Part shown: positions 9,912-17,655 of the stretch, one piece after another
Position numbering within the stretch: position 1 is the stretch's first letter
How the letters are laid out: each line of letters starts with the position of its first letter
NCBI GenBank assembly: GCA_013792135.1
Contig: VMSP01000124.1
Coordinates: 16,480 to 80,479 of the forward strand
Length of the DNA: 64,000 nucleotides
Direction of reading: 5' to 3'
DNA from: Desulfocapsa sp.
GTDB lineage: Bacteria > Desulfobacterota > Desulfobulbia > Desulfobulbales > Desulfocapsaceae
Position numbers and translations under genes: made by a program
Notes under the pieces: generated by a model
What the model was told of the DNA's origin: nothing
The model's input: only the letters and a program-made list of their open reading frames with translations
Database searches by the model: none

Positions 9912-9963
9912 TACTAACAGCAATAAAAAATGAATTGAAATTCATTTTTTATTGCTGTTAGTA
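9912..9963. repeat. Near-perfect 23-25-bp AT-rich inverted repeat (hairpin) 37 nt past the stop of the 18-haem cytochrome gene
   Basis: ctaacagcaataaaaaatgaatt (9914-9936), 2-nt loop, aattcattttttattgctgttag (9939-9961). Two extra flanking pairs. Confidence 0.8.
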
Positions 9964-9999
9964 CCGTCTCGTATCAATATTATTGCACTGCTGTCTATA

Positions 10000-12237
10000 T
10001 CAAGGTGCCGGCATGGGTTTTCTTTTTTTGCTGTCATGGTAATATTTAAATCGAAACAGCGAATCAAGGCCGTGACAATCCTTGCATATCATATTGTAGG
10101 TCTGTATCCGTAAAAAGCTGTTGGTGGCCTTGCCTTCGAGATTATTGCCGGTGCCCTGTGATGCCTGTTTCGGATCCCATTGATGGACATCATGGCATGA
10201 GGAGCAGGCAATATCGCCAACAGTTTTGAAGGCCCCTGTGGCATTGTCAAACAGGGGAAAGTAGTTTGCCTGGTCCTTGCTGTTTCTTCCTGGATTGGCA
10301 ATCAGTTGTTTTTCCGGGTGAGTGGATACTTTGGGCACCTTATTGCGACCCGATCCTGTCTCACTATGGCAGCTGTTACACATCCTGTCCATGATACCTT
10401 TACCGATGCCGTAGTCACGAGCCCAGAGGCGCACCTTGTTTTTCCCATTATGGATGATATGGCAGGCGCCGCAGACTCCGGATTCTGCTGGTGTCTGGCC
10501 CTGCATGTTTTTGGCTTTCGGAGCGGTTATGGTGAGATCGTGGTCTGTCTTTTCTACATATGCCTTTGCCCCATGGCAATTACCACACAAGACGGGTCTT
10601 GGTGCGACCTCAAGACGGAGAAAGCTGTTTTTGGCGTTGCCTTCTGGATTGTTACCGCCATGATCTTCTGGTTTTTGAGGATTCCATTGATGGGGATTGT
10701 GACAGGTAAGACAGGCGATCACACCGTTACCAGCCTTTTTTCCCTGCTTGTCATAGAGGGGAAGCTTGGTATTGATACCCTTTTTGGCAGGATCAATATC
10801 AACGGGATGGGAATGACCCCCGATCACCTTTTTATCGGCCTCCCCTTTGCTCTTATGACAGGTGAGGCAGAGGTCCTGGGCCGGAAAGGTACTCTTGCCA
10901 GGAACATTTCTGGCCCACAAATTCTCTGTCTGCGCTCCGTGCACCAGATGGCAAACGCCGCACACGTCAGACTCCAGAGCCGACTGGCCCCGATCATTTT
11001 TCGTTGTGGGTCCCGTATTCCGCAGATCATGATCACTCCCGACAATGCGGGCCTGTTGAACATGGCATTGCCTGCACAGCCTCTCCGGCTGACCACCTTC
11101 TACCCGGAGAAAACTGGAACTTGGAGGCGTCATCTTCGCCTGTCTGTCTGTTCCTTTCTGGTGCGGGTCATGGCAGGTGAGGCAGGTTAAGAGTGCCTCC
11201 TTTGACTTGAAGGGGATCTGTTTTCCCTTGAGATCATAAACTGGCAAATCAGGCGTCATCCCCTTGTCTTTGAGTGAGATATTGACGGGATGAGCATACC
11301 CCTTGAGGAGTTTTTCAGGGGCCAGTCCCTGCCTGTTATGGCAACTTATACAGAGGTCCTGGATCCTGTTTTCGCTCTTGTCTGGAAGCTCTCTTGCCCA
11401 GAGTGCCACTTTCTTTGCCCCGTGTACCAAATGACAGGCACCGCATATTCCTGACTTTTCCGGGTTCTGTCCCTTGCTGTTTTTTGAATTTGCTGCTGAG
11501 CGTCGCAGGTCATGCCCGGTGTTCAGGACGCCGCCCTTCTCCTCATGACAGTCGAGGCAGAGCTGGGCCGAATCGCGGTTGTTGTCCACGAGGAAATTGT
11601 CATACGGTGAACCATGGACCGTATGACAGGTCTGGCAGATGAGTTGCTTCTTGTCAGAGCCCTCGACACTGCCTCGGCTGAGCATCTTCTCGGGGATTGG
11701 ACGTTTGATTGTGCCAATGGGATGGTTACCGGCAGCAGGGCCGCCTTCCTTGCCCTTGTGACACATCATGCACATGGAAGAGTTATCGTTTGAGGCACGG
11801 ATAAAGACCGCCCTCTCTATCCCCATCTCGCTGGATACGCCGTGGGCGGTATGGCAGGTAAAACACTGCATGTTTCCCTTATCGTCCAGGGGGAAGATGG
11901 CCGGGATTTCCATGCCTGGGGGCGGAGGTTTGTTGATGGGATGACGATGATCGTTGTAGACCTTTCCTCTTGAGTCAGCCACACTGCCGTCATGGCAGGA
12001 AAAGCACATTTCCTGTGAGGCGACAGCCTTTGTTGTCTCCTCATAGGGAACCAGGTCTGTTCCCTTGCCATCGATGAAAAAGGTATCGATCCATCGATAG
12101 TGACAGATCGCACACTCTTTGGCTGAGTTCGGGTTGCGGGGAGGGGGCTGATCGGCGAGAGAGGACGTATGGTGCAAGAATATGGTGCTGAAAAGGAGGA
12201 AAAGGAGGAAAAGGAGGTAGGTTGAGGATCTGTTCAT
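10000..12237 (-). CDS. 18-haem c-type cytochrome with three tandem four-haem modules
   Basis: The likely start ATG at 12237 gives the signal peptide MNRSSTYLLFLLFLLFSTIFLHHTSSLA and avoids overlap with the upstream gene; the ORF extends to 12348. 18 CXXCH motifs counted. Three homologous ~165-aa modules each have the pattern C(G)xCHxxHG...LWAR...C.xCH...HP...C..CH(D/N)xHQ...SFLR...C..CH. Confidence 0.9.
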   Translation of the reverse strand: MNRSSTYLLFLLFLLFSTIFLHHTSSLADQPPPRNPNSAKECAICHYRWIDTFFIDGKGTDLVPYEETTKAVASQEMCFSCHDGSVADSRGKVYNDHRHPINKPPPPGMEIPAIFPLDDKGNMQCFTCHTAHGVSSEMGIERAVFIRASNDNSSMCMMCHKGKEGGPAAGNHPIGTIKRPIPEKMLSRGSVEGSDKKQLICQTCHTVHGSPYDNFLVDNNRDSAQLCLDCHEEKGGVLNTGHDLRRSAANSKNSKGQNPEKSGICGACHLVHGAKKVALWARELPDKSENRIQDLCISCHNRQGLAPEKLLKGYAHPVNISLKDKGMTPDLPVYDLKGKQIPFKSKEALLTCLTCHDPHQKGTDRQAKMTPPSSSFLRVEGGQPERLCRQCHVQQARIVGSDHDLRNTGPTTKNDRGQSALESDVCGVCHLVHGAQTENLWARNVPGKSTFPAQDLCLTCHKSKGEADKKVIGGHSHPVDIDPAKKGINTKLPLYDKQGKKAGNGVIACLTCHNPHQWNPQKPEDHGGNNPEGNAKNSFLRLEVAPRPVLCGNCHGAKAYVEKTDHDLTITAPKAKNMQGQTPAESGVCGACHIIHNGKNKVRLWARDYGIGKGIMDRMCNSCHSETGSGRNKVPKVSTHPEKQLIANPGRNSKDQANYFPLFDNATGAFKTVGDIACSSCHDVHQWDPKQASQGTGNNLEGKATNSFLRIQTYNMICKDCHGLDSLFRFKYYHDSKKRKPMPAP

Positions 12238-12265
12238 AGCAAACTGTTTGTTTGGTGATGCACTA

Positions 12266-13249
12266 TTATTGTGCATTGTCCAGGCTGAAGACGCTGAGTC
12301 GACCTGGAAGCATTTCCACAACATAGAGGCGCATTGAGTCGTCAACAAAGAGTCCCACCGGGGTAGTAAATTTTCTCACCCCACCGCTTACAGGATCACC
12401 GAGGACAGAATGAAATGTTCCTGTGATATTAAAGAGCTGAATCACTCCCATGTAGCTGTCGCTGACATAGGCGAGGCCTTTTTTATCAACAGTGACCCCT
12501 TTGGGCCTGAAGAATTGTCCCTTTTCCACACCCCAGCCTCCGACAAAGGTAACAAACTTGCCCTCTGTGTTCACCACCTGTACCCTGGTGTTGATCACAT
12601 CGACGATGTAGAGATCTTTGTTATGATGCAGATGCATGAGAAAGGGATAACGGAACTCCCACTTCTCAGCCCCTGGTTTTCCATAGCTGTTGACAAGCTT
12701 TTTTGAGCCAATATCAAATTTGAGAATACGGTGATTATTGTTGTCTGCCACAAAGAACCACTTGCCGGAATCATTTACGGCCACATCCGTTGGATCTGCC
12801 TTGTTACCGTTATCGTCCGGAACCGGGATCTCAGATATAAAATCTCCCTTGGCTGTGAATATCTGGATCCTGTGGTTTCTGGAATCGGCAACATAGATCC
12901 TGCCTGATTCGTCAATATCCATACCCAGGGGAAAGGCAAATTCGCCGGGTCCGGTTCCTGGGCGTCCGATGGTGAAAAGATAACTTCCTGATGGAGAAAA
13001 TGCCTGTATCCTGCCATTGACTCCGTCAACCACATAGATGGTACCATTCTTGGCAACGGCCACATCGCTTGGCTGGTTAAATGTACCCTTTATATCAAAG
13101 AGGTGTTTTGCCATGGTCAGTTCGAGTCCATAGGCAGCCGAGCCATAGGCAGTGAGCCAGAGGAGGATGGCAACGGAAAATATGCTGCTCCGTTGCCATC
13201 TGCACTTCACGAGGATTGTACGCCATCCAAGCATAATATCTTTATTCAC
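12266..13249 (-). CDS. NHL-repeat six-bladed beta-propeller protein (paralogue 3)
   Basis: Signal/anchor SIFSVAILLWLTAYGSAAYG. Blades, e.g. PSDVAVAKNGTIYVVDGVNGRIQAFS, PLGMDIDESGRIYVADSRNHRIQIFT, PKGVTVDKKGLAYVSDSYMGVIQLFN. Confidence 0.9.
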   Translation of the reverse strand: MNKDIMLGWRTILVKCRWQRSSIFSVAILLWLTAYGSAAYGLELTMAKHLFDIKGTFNQPSDVAVAKNGTIYVVDGVNGRIQAFSPSGSYLFTIGRPGTGPGEFAFPLGMDIDESGRIYVADSRNHRIQIFTAKGDFISEIPVPDDNGNKADPTDVAVNDSGKWFFVADNNNHRILKFDIGSKKLVNSYGKPGAEKWEFRYPFLMHLHHNKDLYIVDVINTRVQVVNTEGKFVTFVGGWGVEKGQFFRPKGVTVDKKGLAYVSDSYMGVIQLFNITGTFHSVLGDPVSGGVRKFTTPVGLFVDDSMRLYVVEMLPGRLSVFSLDNAQ

Positions 13250-13262
13250 TTGTTCCAGGTGG

Positions 13263-14210
13263 TTAGTGCTGTTTTGGCGGAAGTTCCGGCTGCTGTTTCG
13301 GCTGTAGTTCCGACTGCTGTTTCAGCAGTGGTTCAGGCTGCAGTTGCGGCAAGGCCGGTTTTTCACCAGGACTCAACATTTTCGGCATATGAAATTCTGT
13401 ATAGTTTCTTATCATTCCCACCACCTCTGTACTGGTGATAGAGTCAATCCGTGTCTGGGGATACCCAAGCTCAGCCAGGGGGAGGAGCGGTTTATTCTTT
13501 GTATGGCATGCTTCACAGGTCACCGGGGTCTTACTGATAATCTTATGGATAAGCTTCTTTGCCTTGGACTTCTGGCCTTCGCTCAAGACCTTTTCATTGT
13601 TCTTGTAATCAAGAGCAAATTGTATCTTTTCTTCACTGTCGATACGGACGAGTTTACCGTTCTCATCACGAACAAAGGGGATGATTTTTGCCTGATAGGT
13701 TCCTGGCGCAGCCCCATTAACCGGGCTGTCAACAATATCGCCGGTTTTGCGGTCATACCATTTATAGACGTTTGTCTTATCCTTTTCTTCGAGTTTGACA
13801 TGGCAGGTCTGACAGGCGACAAAGAAGGCGTGCATATTCAAAAAAGCACGAACATCCTTTACTTTATCGTGCGGCATGTCACCGTGGCAGGATCGGCAAT
13901 AGGACCTGTTATCCGGGCCTATATCAAAACCGATATGGTGAAAATGGCCCTCTATTCGTTGCTCTTCGAGCACACGGTAGCCGAGATAGTGCTTAACCCG
14001 ATCTTCGCTTTCAAGGATCATCGTATCAAATGTCTGTTTTCCTTTCTCCTTTTTGCCTGCTTCTCCCTCATGCTGAATGGAGACATCTCCCTTCCGGGCG
14101 TGGTATTCATGGATAAGATGGGCAAAGGTCAAGTTCCAGATGAGCACACCGAAAAAAACAACCAGCCCCATAAAAGCAAGGATGTATAACTTGGTAAAAA
14201 AACATTTCAT
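13263..14210 (-). CDS. Membrane-anchored trihaem cytochrome c with Pro/Gln-rich C-terminal tail
   Basis: N-terminal TM helix LYILAFMGLVVFFGVLIWNLTF. Motifs: CRSCH, CQTCH, CEACH. Tail PQLQPEPLLKQQSELQPKQQPELPPKQH. ATGA overlap with the upstream cytochrome b gene. Confidence 0.8.
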   Translation of the reverse strand: MKCFFTKLYILAFMGLVVFFGVLIWNLTFAHLIHEYHARKGDVSIQHEGEAGKKEKGKQTFDTMILESEDRVKHYLGYRVLEEQRIEGHFHHIGFDIGPDNRSYCRSCHGDMPHDKVKDVRAFLNMHAFFVACQTCHVKLEEKDKTNVYKWYDRKTGDIVDSPVNGAAPGTYQAKIIPFVRDENGKLVRIDSEEKIQFALDYKNNEKVLSEGQKSKAKKLIHKIISKTPVTCEACHTKNKPLLPLAELGYPQTRIDSITSTEVVGMIRNYTEFHMPKMLSPGEKPALPQLQPEPLLKQQSELQPKQQPELPPKQH

Positions 14211-15109
14211 GAGCTGATCCCTCCCTGCTGCATGGTATCATTCGGCTGTTCGGCATCGGTAGTGGTTGATGGACTGTTTTCGTCCGATAACGGTTTACCA
14301 CAGAAGGGCTTGTGGCCACCATGAGGTGGGAGGATTTCATCCTCCAGTCCCTCTTGTTTCATTACCCTGACATAATGTTCATAGTGCTCTTCAGCCATCA
14401 AATCCTCTGGGAGATAACCCGTCAAAAAAACCGTGCCCATTGGGAAGACGGATGTGGAAAAATGGACATTGTACCAGTGCCATATAAAGAGAAAAAGGGC
14501 GGCCAGCAGTGCCTCGTCGCTGTGGGCTATCAGGCAGAGGTTGATGAGCTCCCCTGGTATGACCTGGGTGGCAAGCACTTTGTTCCAGATAACGAGGCCG
14601 GTAAGACCAATGACAAACATACCCCAGAACGGTGCCCAGTAATCAAATTTTTCCTTCCAGGTAAATTCATCTCCATCAGGCCGTACAGTGGTAAAATAGA
14701 GGAGATACTTCATCAGCCCTATGATATCATAGGCGTCCTTCATGTTGGGGATCATCGGCTGCTTAACCAGTATCATGGAGACTCGACCAACACTCATCTT
14801 TCCCTCTTTTTTGAGGGGTAAAATCTGTTTAGTCACGATTTGGCTGATAACACGGATGACATGGTACACAAAGAGGATGAGCATAATGGCACCGGTTATT
14901 TTATGTATTGTCGGCGCCATCTTACTTCCACCGAAAATAGTATAAAGATACGGGGCCCAGCTTGCATCGCTGAATTTGAGAGGCATCCCTGTCAGTACCA
15001 GGATAATGACCGTTAGCGCCAGGATGATGTGCTGGATCCTTTGGTCCAGGTCGAATCTGAAAAAATATTTCTTTCCGTCTTTTCTTTTTATAGCTGGATA
15101 TCGTTTCAT
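14207..15109 (-). CDS. Integral-membrane b-type cytochrome (FdnI/HydC/PhsC-like dihaem cytochrome b)
   Basis: N-terminus KKYFFRFDLDQRIQHIILALTVIILVLTGMPLKF is typical of the Ni/Fe-hydrogenase / formate dehydrogenase cytochrome b family. At least 4 TM helices carry conserved His (IHKITGAIMLILFVYHVI, IAHSDEALLAALFLFIWHWYNVH). Translationally coupled to both flanking cytochrome c genes. Confidence 0.8.
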   Translation of the reverse strand: MKRYPAIKRKDGKKYFFRFDLDQRIQHIILALTVIILVLTGMPLKFSDASWAPYLYTIFGGSKMAPTIHKITGAIMLILFVYHVIRVISQIVTKQILPLKKEGKMSVGRVSMILVKQPMIPNMKDAYDIIGLMKYLLYFTTVRPDGDEFTWKEKFDYWAPFWGMFVIGLTGLVIWNKVLATQVIPGELINLCLIAHSDEALLAALFLFIWHWYNVHFSTSVFPMGTVFLTGYLPEDLMAEEHYEHYVRVMKQEGLEDEILPPHGGHKPFCGKPLSDENSPSTTTDAEQPNDTMQQGGISS

Positions 15110-16170
15110 TATTTCTCTTTCCTCCGACTAAAAGATGCATTGGGAAACAGGCGGCGAAGCAGGTCAAGAAACAGGATCGCCATCAGAGGCAACAGGGTAC
15201 CGCCGGTGAGAACGATGAAGAAGGTGGTAAACCAGTATATTACCGGGTTGCTTTTCTTATCGAATTCGGCATGGACCTTGTAATTCGCAAAGTCTGCGGA
15301 GGCTCCTGGATGACAGTCCACGGAGTTGCAAATTTTCCCTCTGTTGTCTTTATGGGTTGTGGCGCGAGGGTCCTTGTTCTCATACATCTGGTGTACGGAT
15401 TTTCCCTTGGGCACATGACAGTCAAGGCAATCTGGCACCGATTCGTCGAGAAGGTTGGCTGCCTTGCCGTGAAAGGTCTGACCATAGGAACCTCCAGCAC
15501 TGGTGGAAAGATTGTGCCTGGCGACCAGCTCCGGGTCATCATGGCATCGAGCGCACGACTCTGCAATATTTAGGGGGCTTCTGCTCTTGTGCAGCCTGGT
15601 GGTGATATGATTGTAAAACCTGGTGATAAATTCTTCTTGTGTGTGACAGACTCGGCAGCGCCCCAGAGCATCCTCGGCGACACCGGGTCTGACTTTTTTA
15701 ACAAAGGCAAGGGGTCTGAACAATGGGTCATCATGACAGTCCTTGCAGGTGGGCATATCCTCGCTGAACGGTTTTTCCTTGCCGTCCTTGCCCTTCTTGC
15801 TGTGAACACTGTCTTCCAGGGAGGTTGCAACACTCTTATGGGAGAACTTCTGCTCTGAAGTCGGTTCTATGATATGGCAAAGCACGAGGCAATCGACAGG
15901 CTTGGCTGGTTCATGGGGAATTTTGGTTATATCAGTATGACATCCCTCGCACTTGACCTTGCCATGGACGCCCTTGTTGTGAATTTCCTCATTGACAAAG
16001 AGAAGCCGCATCTCGCCATTCTCGTCAACCCTGCTTAATCCCGGGTACTTGTGACAGACAAGACAGTTGCCTGCATCTGCCCCAAAGACCCTTGCTGGCA
16101 TGAAATAGATGGTAAGCAGTACAAAAATACCAATGTAACCAAATGGTCCGAAACGTGACTTCAATCTCAT
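15109..16170 (-). CDS. Multihaem cytochrome c with C-terminal membrane anchor (6 CXXCH + CX3CH + CX4CH)
   Basis: Signal peptide. Motifs: CLVCH, CEGCH, CLVLCH, CKDCH, CRVCH, CARCH, CLDCH, CNSVDCH. C-terminal TM VIYWFTTFFIVLTGGTLLPLMAILFLDLL. Pairing with the downstream cytochrome b resembles the CbcA/CbcB-type quinol oxidoreductases described in Geobacter (architecture only). Confidence 0.85.
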   Translation of the reverse strand: MRLKSRFGPFGYIGIFVLLTIYFMPARVFGADAGNCLVCHKYPGLSRVDENGEMRLLFVNEEIHNKGVHGKVKCEGCHTDITKIPHEPAKPVDCLVLCHIIEPTSEQKFSHKSVATSLEDSVHSKKGKDGKEKPFSEDMPTCKDCHDDPLFRPLAFVKKVRPGVAEDALGRCRVCHTQEEFITRFYNHITTRLHKSRSPLNIAESCARCHDDPELVARHNLSTSAGGSYGQTFHGKAANLLDESVPDCLDCHVPKGKSVHQMYENKDPRATTHKDNRGKICNSVDCHPGASADFANYKVHAEFDKKSNPVIYWFTTFFIVLTGGTLLPLMAILFLDLLRRLFPNASFSRRKEK

Positions 16171-16271
16171 CTCCTCTCCTTTTTTTGTAACACTTTCGTA
16201 AGATCTACTCCGTTATGTAAACAACTGTACTGGTATAGGTTTCGCAGTGGTGCGAAGTTATTGTTCAATTT

Positions 16272-17201
16272 TTACATGTTATGGCATGCCACACAGATAC
16301 TGCCCCCTCCCCATGCTTTTCTCAGCCGACCCTTGTCGCTTGCACCGGCAGATGCTGCTTTTTCAGTGGGGATAACCCCGAGTTCATGGGGGTTGTGGCA
16401 GGTAATACAGGTGATTTTCCCCTCATCGTTCAGTGGCAGTATGATCGAGAGATTTTTCTCGGACCAGTGCATTCTGGTGGACACCTTTTCGGATGGTTTG
16501 ACGCGATGGTTTGTGCTGAGGGGGTGGTTTCCGGCTTTGTTATTGTGACATCGCAGGCAAAGCACTTCAAGATCACCGACAAGATGGACAGTATCTTCTC
16601 CGTTTTCTCGCGATTCCAGTGTCGCAGACTCCACGTCAGGCTTGGTTTCGTGGCAATAGAGGCATGACTCTGAGTTTATCGCCCCTGAGGCGTCCAGCTG
16701 TTTGTGCGGGTCAAGCATCTTGTACTGCTTTTCCTGATGGCATTGAAAACAGAGGAAGGTTCTGCCCAAGGAGGGGTCCGTTCGTAAAAATGCCTTATTG
16801 TGGCGTTTGAATTCAAATTTCGGCTCGCATTGCAACGCCATGTTGTGGCAGGTGGTACAGGTGATTTTGTTGTTTGTAAGGGGGAATTCTGCCGGGATAG
16901 TGGCCAATTTTTCGGCTGAGAGTGGTATGTCGACAGGATGGGTATAAGTGTCGGAAGTATATCCATGACACCTGCAGGCCAGTGTATAGTTTTCATATCT
17001 CAGCTGAACGGCATCACCTTTGTTTGGTCTTTGCAGATGACACTCAGTGCAGTAGTGTTCGTTGAAATGGACATTGGTTTCTGTTGTCACGCCGGGGTTA
17101 ATGAAAAGAAGATCCTGTTGGCTGTCGTTATTTGCCAATGTTATGCTGCTGACAGAGAGGAGAAACAAGGAGATATATGTTGTTTTTTTTATTGTCCTCA
17201 A
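16272..17201 (-). CDS. Periplasmic multihaem cytochrome c (7 CXXCH + 1 CXCH)
   Basis: Signal peptide MRTIKKTTYISLFLLSVSSITLA. Motifs: CTECH, CTTCH, CFQCH, CLYCH, CLRCH, CITCH, CVACH, plus ACRCH. First gene of the operon. Confidence 0.85.
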   Translation of the reverse strand: MRTIKKTTYISLFLLSVSSITLANNDSQQDLLFINPGVTTETNVHFNEHYCTECHLQRPNKGDAVQLRYENYTLACRCHGYTSDTYTHPVDIPLSAEKLATIPAEFPLTNNKITCTTCHNMALQCEPKFEFKRHNKAFLRTDPSLGRTFLCFQCHQEKQYKMLDPHKQLDASGAINSESCLYCHETKPDVESATLESRENGEDTVHLVGDLEVLCLRCHNNKAGNHPLSTNHRVKPSEKVSTRMHWSEKNLSIILPLNDEGKITCITCHNPHELGVIPTEKAASAGASDKGRLRKAWGGGSICVACHNM

Positions 17202-17655
17202 AAGTCAACTTTCCTTTTTAATCAATATGGTTACCTTCATGAATGGAAGGATCTTTGTTGGATTATTTGATGGTGTCAGATGGTAGCATCATGTAAGATA
17301 CTTTGGAAGGGGGTTTCCCCTATTTGTAGACCTCGAAATCCCTTATTGTGGTTTTAGGTGTGTGCAGATGAGGGGGAGAAGCGGGGTAGGGCAAGAAAAC
17401 AGGGAAGGCAGGGGAATGGATGAGGGAAAAGGTTTTTTTTTGATGCAGTGGGAGATTGCCCCAAGAACGTCAATGTCGTTACTGGGGATTCATTAATCTC
17501 TTTACAGGAAAAAGTTGAATATCAAAAAACAGGCAATTCCGAACTGCAGAATGACAAGGAGATATGCGAAATTCGATATTTCCTGGAGTCTTCGTCTTTC
17601 TGTAAGGTTACATTCAGTTCATTTTTAAGGTACCCTGCGGGCGACTCTCTCAGGG

